Source of the DNA: an uncultured Gammaproteobacteria bacterium
GTDB taxonomy: Bacteria > Pseudomonadota > Gammaproteobacteria > UBA9214
Direction: 5' to 3'
Length of the DNA stretch: 49,448 nucleotides
Assembly (NCBI GenBank): GCA_963773065.1
Contig: CAVYZN010000020.1
Location: 1 to 49,448 of the forward strand
Under the pieces are notes generated by a model. The model did no database searches, was not told the origin of the DNA, and saw nothing but the letters and a program-made list of their open reading frames with translations. The position numbers were made by a program, and so were the translations under genes. How positions within the stretch are numbered: the first letter of the stretch is position 1; each line of letters starts with the position of its first letter. This document shows, in pieces, positions 20,315 through 29,871 of this stretch.

Positions 20315-20986
20315 TTAGCGGCTGGACCTATACCGCTTCGGACTCAGAGCCTGTGAAAATATCGACGGCAGTCGCGAGGGCGTCGATTTGCGTGCGAGGC
20401 AAGGCGAGCTGCGCGAAAACAAGGGAGTTTGGCGAGTCAAATGACCGAAGTTTTCGCGTGGCGCAACGCCGCCGCAGCCGCAAAGCGGCGTCCGCAGCAG
20501 GCTGGCGATATTTTCACAGGCTCTCAGCAGACGTTCGCGCAATGCGGAATTGGCGCCCAGCAGGGCGCCTGCGATCAGGGCCCCAATTATGACATCCACT
20601 GTGCGGATGTCCTGCCTGCTTATGCTCGCGCCGATGGTCTCGCCCAAGCGGGCGATGCTGGCTATCCGGGCTGCTTCCGGTGCTGGCTGACTCTTGCCGG
20701 ACGGTTGCGTGGCCTGGCGTCGATGCACAAGAAACCGGGCGGACAGTGCGCCGATGAACGACAAGACCAGCACTCCGCCCCCCACAATCAGCCCCGCTTT
20801 CCATGGGACCATACTCTCGCTCAAGGAGAGATAGCCTCCAACGGCAATAAACGCCAGACCACCGAACGCGGCTAGCGCGCAAAACGCTACCACCCCCATC
20901 GCGACAATGCGCTGTCGCCATTGATCACGCACGTCATTGATCTTTGCCGCCGCGACCCCGCCAAATAGCGCATGGATCAGTTCCAT
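20315..20986 (-). CDS. YqjE/phage-holin-like membrane protein; 3' end probably degenerate
   Basis: Two TM helices immediately downstream of the DUF883 gene, the usual yqjD-yqjE arrangement; tail looks non-coding. Confidence 0.5.
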   Translation of the reverse strand: MELIHALFGGVAAAKINDVRDQWRQRIVAMGVVAFCALAAFGGLAFIAVGGYLSLSESMVPWKAGLIVGGGVLVLSFIGALSARFLVHRRQATQPSGKSQPAPEAARIASIARLGETIGASISRQDIRTVDVIIGALIAGALLGANSALRERLLRACENIASLLRTPLCGCGGVAPRENFGHLTRQTPLFSRSSPCLARKSTPSRLPSIFSQALSPKRYRSSR

Positions 20987-21003
20987 AAGCCGGCACTCCG
21001 ATA

Positions 21004-21300
21004 CTAGCGACGGCGATCCAGCAGCATACCCACGACAAAGCCGGTCCCAAATGCCACCAGCACACTCGTCAAAGGGTGCTCCTCCACCTCCCGGCCGATG
21101 GCACTGTATGCCTCATTGGCCTGCTCGCGCACCGTCTCGCCCGCGTGACGCGCACGCTCATAGGCCCGGTTGTAGACTTCCCGGCCCTGGTCGATGCCGG
21201 CGTCCTTTAATGCTTTCATCAGCGATGCCGTATCGACTCGCAAATCATCGATATCCGATTTGAGCTGATTCAACTCCTTGGTAATCTCCTCGTTCTCCAT
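21004..21300 (-). CDS. ElaB/YqjD (DUF883) family membrane-anchored protein
   Basis: Coiled N-terminus and VEEHPLTSVLVAFGTGFVVGMLLDRRR tail; GAGGAGG RBS. Confidence 0.88.
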   Translation of the reverse strand: MENEEITKELNQLKSDIDDLRVDTASLMKALKDAGIDQGREVYNRAYERARHAGETVREQANEAYSAIGREVEEHPLTSVLVAFGTGFVVGMLLDRRR

Positions 21301-21519
21301 GTTTGCCTCCTCTTTGCACTACTGGTTATGTAAGACCCACCCGGAGACCTTATCTGGAAATTCATTCTGCGCTTCCGCCAATCATGTTGGCGTGCCTCTC
21401 GAATGGGCGAGCAATTTGCCGGACATCAACATGTCGCCTGGGGGCGGATCAGTCTCCCTCGGGAATTGCTCGCTATAGTGAAATATAGTGGACTTTTGTA
21501 ATTTATTGTCGATCATAAG

Positions 21520-22098
21520 GTTAAAACCACCGGCTTTAGCCGGTTAGCTTTAGCTGCGAGAATGAGCCGCATGACAGGAGGTGCGGCATGGAGTACAGGT
21601 ACGGCAGCCATACGGTGTTTCAGATTGAGTATCACTTTGTATGGGTAACGAAGTACCGCTACAAAGTTCTGACGGGAGAGGTAGCGGAGCGAGTTCGAGA
21701 GCTGGTGCGAGAGACCTGTGAGGCGTTCGAGATCAGGATAGTGAAGGGGGTAGTGAGTAAAGACCACGTGCATATTCTGACGAGTTGTCCGCCGAATATG
21801 GCGCCGAGCGAGATCATGAGGCGGATCAAGGGGCGGACGTCGGCAAGCTGTTCGAGGAGTTTCCGCATCTGTGAAGAAGGATATTGGGGTCGGCATTTCT
21901 GGGCGAGGGGGTATTTTTGTGCCCCGGTAGGTCAAATGACGGAAGAGATGATCAAGCAGTATTTGGAGCATCACTTTGAGCCGAAGCCGAACGACGATTT
22001 CAAGATGGAACCAGAATAGACGCGTCGTTCAGGCGACGCGTATCCGGACTTTCAGTCCGTAATTCCAACCCACCGGCTTTAGCCGGTGGTTGTTTAGT
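21520..22098 (+). mobile_element. IS200-type element (tnpA only) with subterminal hairpins
   Basis: ACCGGCTTTAGCCGGT at 21529-21544 and CCACCGGCTTTAGCCGGTGG at 22070-22089 flank tnpA. Confidence 0.9.
21588..22019 (+). CDS. tnpA: IS200/IS605 Y1 HUH transposase; short scrambled segment from compensating indels
   Basis: YHFVWVTKYRYKVL, DHVHIL (HUH), KGRTS, HFWARGYF, IKQYL. Confidence 0.9.
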   Translation: MEYRYGSHTVFQIEYHFVWVTKYRYKVLTGEVAERVRELVRETCEAFEIRIVKGVVSKDHVHILTSCPPNMAPSEIMRRIKGRTSASCSRSFRICEEGYWGRHFWARGYFCAPVGQMTEEMIKQYLEHHFEPKPNDDFKMEPE

Positions 22099-22611
22099 TC
22101 ATTTTCATAGAAAATATCAATAACCGCCTTTTTCCTCAGGCACTGCCTAGGTTCAGGCCATCAGCTCACTAGGTTAATAACTGCCCGAGAATGCTAACAG
22201 ATTGAATCTCCGATCTATTGAATCAAAATGTGTCATCTGCCGTGTTCAGCCTTTATTAGGCGACAAAAGGGTCAATGAATATCCGGAATCATCCGGTCAG
22301 GCGATGAGGCGAAACGTCGTGATATTGACGGCTGAACGATGGCGCTGCGCATGGTGATTCCATTTCGCCTCACAACGACTACACTCAAGTAGTAAAAATT
22401 CCACGACCTTGAGCAAAAACACTCGGCGCCGAAGGCGTGACGAAGAGCGGGAATAGGGGAAGGGGTAATCTGCCACTGGCATCGGTCCACGAAGTGTGCA
22501 ATCCAGGCGGCGGTGCTCGTGAGTCAATGAAATTGCTCAAGGAGGTGATGATGGATAACGAACGGAAGCGTATCGCCTGGAAACCACATCGCGCTGCCAC
22601 CGTCCTCTACG

Positions 22612-22691
22612 TCAGACTGAAGCTCAACAATCCAGGCCTGCGCGGCGCCCTGAAGGAAATCAAATTGTCCATGGAGTCTTTCAGTGGCTGA
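22612..22691 (+). pseudogene. Probable extreme C-terminal remnant of a histidine kinase
   Basis: RLKLNNPGLRGALKEIKLSM..SG* parallels KLQLLNRDEGGACVTIRLP...DG* of 6791..8239 and overlaps the next RR start in the same way (GTGGCTGA versus ATGGCTAG). Confidence 0.45.
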
Positions 22692-23337
22692 TCCGCTACT
22701 CATTATCGAAGACGAAGAGGCGGTTGCCAAAGAACTGGTACGCTTTTTCTCTAAGGAGGACTGGGATGTCCAGGTCGCGGGCACGCTTGCCGAGGCGCGC
22801 GCAGCGCTGAACGCGAATGCCAATGAGGCCATGGTCGTTCTGGCGGACATGACCCTTCCCGACGGCAACTCGCTCGATCTGCTGGAGGAGGTGCGTGCCC
22901 AGCACAAACCTGTCGAATGGGTGCTGCTAACCGGCTACGGAACGGTACCGGACTCTGTGCGGGCGCTGCAGCTTGGGGCGCTGGACTTTCTCGAAAAACC
23001 CTGCGACCCCGAACGACTGAGCATGGTCCTCAACGGTGCACGGCGAAGGGTGAATGCCCAGGGCCGGCTGCTCCGGCAGACTGTCGAAGATTCCAGACGG
23101 TACCACCCGGAATCTTTCCTCGGCCACAGTCCGCAGGCCGCCGATATCCGCGATCTGCTGCAGCGCCTGATCGAGTTTCCCATCAGCGATCTGATCATCA
23201 ATGGCGAGACTGTGACAGGCAAGGGTCTGATCGCGCGTATCCTGCATCACTCGGGACCGGTGGCCGACGGACCCCTGATTGAGGTGAACTGCGCCGCCCT
23301 GCCGCGTGATCTGGCGGAGTCCGAGCTGTTCGGTCAC
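22684..23337 (+). pseudogene. Second NtrC-family regulator, truncated after ESELFGH
   Basis: REC domain similar to 8232 (LIIEDE, DMTLPDGN.LDLLEEV, LTGYG.V.DSVRAL.LGA.DFLEKP); degraded Walker A GETVTGKG; no GAFTGA or HTH. Confidence 0.85.
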
Positions 23338-23500
23338 CCGCTCCTTGGCTCCTGATATCATCAGTGGAAATTTTGAAACGAGTTGGATCTACGTGTGCGC
23401 TACACTTATCGGTGCTTTGATCGCTGTTGGCTTTGAATGGATATTCAAAGGCAAACCGAGTAAACACGCTACCGTGGAAGCACAGGGGCTATCACTATCG
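23336..23500 (+). pseudogene. MIP/aquaporin C-terminal fragment
   Basis: TRSLAPDIISG....WIYV.ATLIGALIAVGFEW matches the segment after the second NPA motif. Confidence 0.65.
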
Positions 23501-23509
23501 CCGGATAAA

Positions 23510-23717
23510 GAAGTCGTTGGCCAAAAAGATGTATGAAGCGGTCGTTGGAGGCGTGCTTGGCCTGCTGGAAAGCAGACCCCGGAACGACGTCGCGACGGAG
23601 ACGGATCTATCAGATCCCGTCGAGAACCCGCACGCCAACCCATGGGAGATTATCGAGAGGCTCGTGCAAAATGCGTTTTTCAAGGCCATTCTCCCGAGCT
23701 TCGGGAAAGCCAGCTGA
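23510..23717 (+). pseudogene. DUF748-family protein C-terminal fragment
   Basis: YEAVVGGV..LLE.RPRNDVATETDLS.PVENP.AN.WEII..LVQNAFFKAILP. Confidence 0.55.
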
Positions 23718-23718
23718 G

Positions 23719-24639
23719 ATGAGTCGCAAATCGGCCACCAGACAGTCACCCAATCCCTGGAAATTGGGAGGGCTGACAATCTCAGAGTTAGCACGTCGGC
23801 TGTGGCAGGAGAGCCAAGAAGACGAGCTATTCGGTCGCGCCGCACAACTGTCGTACTACGCGCTGCTCGCCTTGTTTCCCGCCCTCATTTTTCTGACGGC
23901 CTTGATGGGCCTATTCTCGGTTCAGAACTACATGCCTGAACTCATGAACTACCTGCGCAATGTACTGCCGGCCGATGCCCTGTCGATGGTCAAGCGCTTT
24001 TTGGACCAAATTGCGGAAGGTAGCGGTGCGCACGTGCTTTCATTGGGAGCGCTCGGCACATTATGGGCTTCCTCAAGCGGGATGTCCGCCATCATGAACG
24101 CGCTGAATGTGGTGTACGACATCAAAGAGGATTCACGGCCGTTTTGGCGAACTCGGCTCACGGCCATCTTACTCACGCTCGCCTTAGCAGGCTTCGTCAT
24201 CCTGGCGTTGACGCTCGTGCTCTATGGCTCGCGCATCGGGTCGTGGATTGCAGACTTTGTCGGACTAGGGGAGGCATTTGCCTGGGCGTGGAACATTTTT
24301 CAATGGCCGGTCATCTTCGGTCTCATGCTCCTGGTCGTTGACGTAGTCTACTACGTGTGTCCCGATATCAAGCAGGAATGTCGCTGGGTCACGCCTGGCG
24401 CCGTATTCGCGGTGTTCACGTGGGTAATCGTGTCGCTGTGCTTCAAAGCCTATGTGGATAATTTCGGTGATTACAACAAAGTGTACGGATCGATCGCCGG
24501 TGTCATCGTGTTGATGCTCTGGCTGTATTGGAGCGGCATGATGTTGCTGCTCGGCGGCGAAATCAACGCTGTGATCGAACGGGTGACAAGAGGACGTCAG
24601 AGACGGCTCGAAATGACACAAGCAAAACAAGCGGCATAA
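23719..24639 (+). CDS. YihY/virulence factor BrkB family membrane protein
   Basis: AAQLSYY.LLALFP, LW.SS.G......LN..Y, PGA, Y...YGSIAGVIVLMLWLYWS...LLLGGEIN. Confidence 0.92.
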   Translation: MSRKSATRQSPNPWKLGGLTISELARRLWQESQEDELFGRAAQLSYYALLALFPALIFLTALMGLFSVQNYMPELMNYLRNVLPADALSMVKRFLDQIAEGSGAHVLSLGALGTLWASSSGMSAIMNALNVVYDIKEDSRPFWRTRLTAILLTLALAGFVILALTLVLYGSRIGSWIADFVGLGEAFAWAWNIFQWPVIFGLMLLVVDVVYYVCPDIKQECRWVTPGAVFAVFTWVIVSLCFKAYVDNFGDYNKVYGSIAGVIVLMLWLYWSGMMLLLGGEINAVIERVTRGRQRRLEMTQAKQAA

Positions 24640-25084
24640 AAACTGCGCTAGGAAGGATAAACACCTTTTCGTTGCATGGTCAACTGATAATTCACGAGTG
24701 ATGAAGCGCCACGCGCCTGCCACCAGCACGAAATCCCGCCAAATTCAGTGATTCGATGCAGTTCGCTCATACTGCGACTCCCCCCGTGTAAAGAAGCTTA
24801 TCCGGCGGCGCTCGGGAGTCGATACTCGTGGTTGCATTTTCAACCCATTGATCGTTCACCTGGTTCGAGGACACCGAGAATCGGTGGCTTCTGCCAAGGT
24901 TATCCGTCCTTGGCGGCTTCCTCCGAATCCATAGTAACCACCGCTTGATCGAGTCTTCGTAAGACATCTAGGCGCACGCCGCTACCCCAACGGCACTTCC
25001 GCAGGGGGTCTGAACGACCGCCATTTCCGATTCGTTGAGGCGCGGCATCTTGCCTGGGCGAACCCATACAAGAATTGGAGGGCA

Positions 25085-25410
25085 CTAGGTCTGTTGACAT
25101 TCAGGCCACATAGGAAAGCAGCTACGAGGGCGATGAACGATGAGAAGCGGCTGGCGAGTTTTTCGTAACGGGTGGCAATTCGACGGAAGTGTTTGAGGCG
25201 ACAGGAGAACCGTTCGATCAGATTCCGATGTTTGTATTGATGCGTATCGAAAACACGCGGTTGCCGCCGATTCTCGCGCGGAGGGATCACTGCAGAGGCA
25301 CCTTTTTGAGTAATGATCTCGATCAGCGACTCGGCATCGTAGGCTTTGTCGGCAACGATGGCCTGCGTGGCAATGCCATCGAGTATCGCCTCGGCCTGCG
25401 TCACATCGTG
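25085..25410 (-). mobile_element. IS5-family (IS427-like) remnant: 3' transposase and right end
   Basis: HD, ADKAYD, AVIPP, YKHRNLIERF..RLKHFRRIATRYEK; end CTAGGTCTGTTGACATTC at 25085. Confidence 0.85.
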
Positions 25411-25430
25411 AATTTCGATCACAGCACTAC

Positions 25431-25515
25431 GAGGAGAGCCAGCATGAAGTTTGAATTGCCCCCTTTACCCTACACTACCAACGCACTGGAGCCGCACATC
25501 AGCGCGCGGACCTTT
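25431..25515 (+). pseudogene. sodB: 5' fragment (RBS plus about 24 codons) of a second Fe-SOD gene
   Basis: GGAGAGCCAGC-ATG and MKFELPPLPYTTNALEPHISART, nearly identical to the start of 19468..20049. Confidence 0.85.
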
Positions 25516-25860
25516 GGTATTCAGGAACACCCGCGTTCCATCCTGCAGCGTCAGGATGCGCTGCTCGCCGATATCCGTGCTGACGCCGGCGCTGCGCTGA
25601 TAGATGAAGAGACCGCAAATCGCTATCAGCGCCACGGCGGCAAGCGCCGCGCCCGCCTGCAAGAAGCCGCGCCGGAATACCGCGCGCTGCCAGCGGCTCA
25701 ACTTTGGAAACGGCCCGCGTGGCAACGCGCCGGCGGATTCCCACGCGGTGGAAATCGTCTCGAAGGCCGCGGCATGACTAGGATGAACGGCCAGCCAGCG
25801 CCTGAAACCGCGCTCGAGCCTTTGCGTCCGTTCAGGACCGCGCAGCAACGATACGCGTGG
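25516..25860 (-). pseudogene. FecR-family anti-sigma factor N-terminal fragment
   Basis: FRRWLA..P.HAAAF......W, a TM helix, then TDIGEQR.LTL.DGT.V.LNT. Confidence 0.8.
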
Positions 25861-25953
25861 TGGCGCGCCATGAAAGGAGGGCGGTTGAGCTCAGGCTCTA
25901 TTTCAGGCGGTTTATATACATTCCATCCGCCCTGAACCTTTTATGGTCAAACA

Positions 25954-26538
25954 TCAAGCCGGCAGATGCTTCGCCAGCATGCCGCGCCGTTGCGGGCGCT
26001 CCCCGCCCTTAGCCTTCGGCGCGCCATTCATCAGCTCGCGCTTGCGCGCGGCCAGCTGCCCGCCGAGCTCCGCGAGGTCCATGTCGGACTTGCGCGCCTC
26101 GGCAAACATGCCACCCGGCTGTTCCTCTTCCTTGACGTGGTGTTTGATCATCTCCGAGAGCACCTTCACCTTGGCGTCGTAGTAATCATCGTCGGGCCCC
26201 GATTTCTCGATCTCCGCGATCAGCTTCTTGGCACCGTTGTGCTCCACTTCGGCTTCATGGTGCATGTCCTTGTCCTCGGTGGCTGCGAGGAAGGCGGGAT
26301 AGAAGATCTCCTCTTCTATAGTGGTGTGCACTTTGAGCGCACCGCAGATCTTGCCGGCGAGCTCCTGCTTACGCGTGTCGCTGCCGGTCTTCTCGAACTG
26401 GCTGAACCAGCCCTCGACCTGGCGATGGTCAGCCTTGAGGAGCGCGATGGCGTCCTTCTGGCGGCTCTGAGCAGCGCGGCGTGCGGGTTGGACCTTGGTC
26501 TTGGCGGACCTTCCCTTCTGTAATCGCTTCTGTGCCAT
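25954..26538 (-). CDS. Hemerythrin-like HHE cation-binding domain protein
   Basis: DAIALLKADH, HTTIEEEIFYPA, EAEVEH, HHVKEEE; GAGGAGG RBS before ATG 26538. Confidence 0.9.
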   Translation of the reverse strand: MAQKRLQKGRSAKTKVQPARRAAQSRQKDAIALLKADHRQVEGWFSQFEKTGSDTRKQELAGKICGALKVHTTIEEEIFYPAFLAATEDKDMHHEAEVEHNGAKKLIAEIEKSGPDDDYYDAKVKVLSEMIKHHVKEEEQPGGMFAEARKSDMDLAELGGQLAARKRELMNGAPKAKGGERPQRRGMLAKHLPA

Positions 26539-26570
26539 GATTAATCCTCCTCGATAATGGAGTGACTGCT

Positions 26571-26585
26571 GCAAAATCCGTTCCG
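26571..26585 (-). promoter_or_regulatory. sigma54 -24/-12 promoter of the hemerythrin-like gene
   Basis: CGGAACGGATTTTGC (GG-N10-GC). Confidence 0.7.
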
Positions 26586-26613
26586 ATGATGAGAGACTGC
26601 AAATGCACGGCAA

Positions 26614-26837
26614 AACATGAAACGCACGTGCCTGTCCTGCAGGGTGGTCAGGTCGAAGCTGCGGTTGTCGCGCGCGTACTCGGCATTGCCGATGCGCACG
26701 CGCCTGGCATCCAGCAGGCCCGCCACCACCGCCAGCACCTTTTCGCGTGGTAATCCTTGCAAAGCAAGGTCGTGCTTTACACGACGCCGCAGCCGCGGCA
26801 GCGCCTCGCCGAACTCTGTCATGCGATCGAACTTGGC
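26614..26837 (-). pseudogene. Bacterial DNA topoisomerase IB internal fragment
   Basis: KFDRM..FG.ALP.LRRRV..DL...GLPREKVLA...LLD...RIGNAEYARDNRSF.LTTL..RHV. Confidence 0.85.
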
Positions 26838-26935
26838 GCAATCGCGGTTAATCGAATTGTCACGGTTGCGTCGACCAGGTCGGTCCCAGTCAACTCTAGC
26901 TTGGGACTGCCTCTGACAACTGTGAATTATTCAAA

Positions 26936-26950
26936 GCAACAGCCGTGCCA
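26936..26950 (-). promoter_or_regulatory. sigma54 -24/-12 promoter; original target gene apparently lost
   Basis: TGGCACGGCTGTTGC, exact consensus; tandem CGGTGCATTTCCCC (27157) and GGGTCTATTGCCCC (27178) upstream. Confidence 0.75.
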
Positions 26951-27349
26951 TGGCATCCTGCATGGCCAGGAAACAACGCGCCCCAGGTGCCCTGGAATTG
27001 CACAATACTGTCAGAGCCTCAGCGCGATATCGCCGTTCCACGACGAGCAGCGAATACTCCAAACCGTTGGCATGAAAAAGCTCGAGAATCATTTCAGCAT
27101 TTCTGCCCGGCGCCGCACGCAAAGCGCAATCGGGGCATGCTCCGCGCTTCACGGAGCGGTGCATTTCCCCCATTGACGGGTCTATTGCCCCAACCGGCTG
27201 ATTAACCTTGAGGGTGATGTTTCGCGTTTCCATCGAACAGGGTGATCCCGCTTGGCAGGAGCGCCAGGACAGCCGGCCGAGCGATGCTCCATTTCCTCGC
27301 CTGGCCTGACACGGAGCGGACCTTCTCCGGGAGTGGCTGCGCGCGGGAG

Positions 27350-27848
27350 CTATTTCCGGCGAGCCGCTTGCGCTTTCTTGATGTTCCTGCTGCGGGCACG
27401 TTTTTGGGCAGGCGTCGGTTTTTCCTTCTCCGGAACATTGGGACGCGGCTTGGCTGCGAATATGTCTCCCTTGACGTGGACCGGGGAGATCCCAGTGCCG
27501 ACAGCACATTTTTCGCCTCACCGCTATCCGGAACGAGGTTCCCGTCCTCGATATGCGCATCCTCTTTGCTGATCAGCCATTTCACGGTGTCCCATGAACC
27601 GCTGCCGCGCTTGCCGGCGACACGCTGGATATGCCCAGGTTCGCCCACGTCCTGGGTGCGGAACGTCGTGAAGTCCGCACTGCGCCGTGGTAATAGTTTC
27701 CCTCTCCTCCGGTCCCCGGCTTCTTGCGCATGCGACCTTCGGGCTGGGCACGGGCGTGTTGCCGGGACGACATGGATTTCCATGCATCCTGCGCCTTGCG
27801 GATATTCGCCTTCGCTGCTGTACGTTGTCTTGTCGTTGCCATGTTCAT
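27350..27848 (-). pseudogene. Basic hypothetical protein with two frameshifts
   Basis: MATTRQRTAAKANIRKAQ..W...GEGNYYH | FTTFRTQDVGEPGHIQRVAGKRGSGSWDTVKWLISKEDAH | HVKGDIFAAKPRPNVPEKEKPTPAQKRARSRNIKKAQAARRK*; AGGAG RBS. Confidence 0.6.
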
Positions 27849-27957
27849 ATCTCCTGATGACGTCGACGATGCAAGTGGATTCAGGCAATGACTGTGTCAA
27901 ACGTCGCTTCCGATCTTCCCAGGAGCGTGTCGTTGGTCAGGCTATACTGATGCACGA

Positions 27958-27972
27958 GCAAACGTTATGCCA
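27958..27972 (-). promoter_or_regulatory. sigma54 -24/-12 promoter
   Basis: TGGCATAACGTTTGC, about 110 bp upstream of ATG 27848. Confidence 0.7.
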
Positions 27973-27984
27973 GTCCATCTCGTC

Positions 27985-28484
27985 TCAGCGCAGGACGCAT
28001 TGGAACGTCAGGGTCTTGGTCCCGTCGAGGTTGGTAACAACCCTCGATGAAGCGGCCTGACCGGAACGCGCGCATTCCGCATCAGCCGAACTAATCGCCT
28101 GCATAAGCTCTGTGTCCGTGTGGTAGCTGTAGGTCGTGAGGGGCGGCGAAGACTGCGGATATGTCGAAGACGATGAATACGAAGTGACGACAGCCGTCTT
28201 GATGCAATCGAAGGTCACAGTCCTGGTGCCGTCCGGGTTCTCGGTGATCAATTCTCGCGGGCTGGGCGTGGAGGCGTATTGGCTGCAATAGGTCCGGGCC
28301 TTGCTGTTGGCCTCGATCAATCCGGCATCGGAACTGTAGTCGTAACTAACCTTGGGCGGCTTGGCTTCCACTTCCCGCGACTCTGATCACAGGGGGGTGC
28401 AAGGGCCGCCGCCGCAACGGCAAGAACTCCAATCCCGCCGGCGCGGACCCAGCGGAAAACGCGGAACATTGAGCGAGAAATCAT
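27985..28484 (-). pseudogene. Secreted or lipo-protein with two Cys-containing repeats; signal region frameshifted
   Basis: ORF 27985..28371 has two similar units (Y.Y..D..L..A.S.A...C ... N.DGT.T.TF.C); signal-like sequence from ATG 28484 is not in the same frame. Confidence 0.5.
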
Positions 28485-28879
28485 GAGAGCCTTCTGCCCA
28501 TGCGGCCCATAACAGTACTGTCCGCCTCCTTCGCCTGGGAGGGAGGTGGTGTAGACGATGTGACGACCCAGTGTTGATTCTATTTCCGTGGTCCTTTCTC
28601 ACAGAACTGATCGAAAGGATTGAGAGTAACTTTCTTCATGTCTTCCTCCTTCCCCACGCAACCTCTGTGAGCGGTTCTTGAACATAGGCATGCCTTAAAA
28701 AGCATGCCTGCCTGAATCTGATGCATACAACAACTGTGCCAATCGGAAGGCGATAATTCTCATACATCATCCTGTCTAGAGCAACATCTTTCCGGAGAGG
28801 GTGTTCGAGGTCAATAGCGCCGATACCGAGCAAGTCGCAGCCGACCATGTTCAGATGGGGAACTCCATAGCACAAGCGG

Positions 28880-29842
28880 CTATGGGTTGGTAGCCGGCGC
28901 CGTATAGTCCTGCTCGATGACTGCTTTTACGCGATACCGACTCTGTGCGGCGTCGATGCCTGGATCGTTTTCTATCTCCTCAAGCCTGTTTGCGAGTACA
29001 AAGTCCTTGATTGATCCCTGAATCCATCTGGAATAGTCACCCCGGCGCAGGTGAAACAGCCAGGTATCGTCATCGACGCCGTCCGCAATTGTCTCCGGTA
29101 GGTGACATGACCACCTCCTCACCGTTGTGCCTGTGGCCAAGAAGGAGCGTCTACGCCTGAGCGACCGGCGTCCAATCAGATCGCTTTCCACCAGTGCTTT
29201 CATGAGCTCGACGGCACCGGCGCCATTGGCGCCCTGGAGGACCCAATCCGCTTCCTTTTTCAACCCGGGCACCGCATCGCCCACAGCGACTGCGTATTCG
29301 ACGCTCGTCAGGAGGGCGTGATCGTTCTCCCCGTCGCCCAAGGCGACAACGTTATGGGCGGAGAGTTCAAGTTCTTCCAGCGCAGCGCGCAGGCCCGAGG
29401 CCTTGTTGACACCTGCAGGCAGCACCATTACTGCACCTTTGTTGAAGATCACTTGCAATTCAAGGCCAAGCTCGCGAATGACATCGATGATGGTAACCTC
29501 GTACGGATGTGTCGTGGCCACGATCGATGTACCTACAGTCAGTGGCATGACTCCCCGTTGTCGCACCCGTTCGACGAATTCGACAGGGGGTGGAACCGCG
29601 AGCGAGCGGCTTTCCTGACTCCCGGGGTTGAAAAGTGCGGCGCCGTTCTCGACCACGGCGAGATCGAATAACCCGATATCGGGAAAGACGCGCTGTAGAT
29701 CCAAAAGCGTCCGTCCGGTTACCAGGATCAGGTAACGACCGGTGGCTGCAACCCTTTGGAGCATCGTCAATGTCTCTGACGCTACTATCCCGTCATGTGC
29801 CAGCGTACCGTCGAAATCAACTGCGAGAGCGAGATAATGCAT
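28880..29842 (-). pseudogene. HAD-IIB (Cof-like) phosphatase with a large internal deletion joined to its C-terminal tail
   Basis: DFDGTL, LVTGR, ENGA, VNKASG, GDGEND motifs, then an abrupt jump to IADGVDDDTWLFHLRRGDYSRW..SIKD. Confidence 0.75.
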
Positions 29843-29871
29843 ATTACGATCCGTAAAACTTCATTGTTGGC

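Noticed and set aside
25189-25935. 248-aa ORF as a real gene
   Set aside because: Chimera of IS5 antisense, a sodB 5' fragment and FecR antisense
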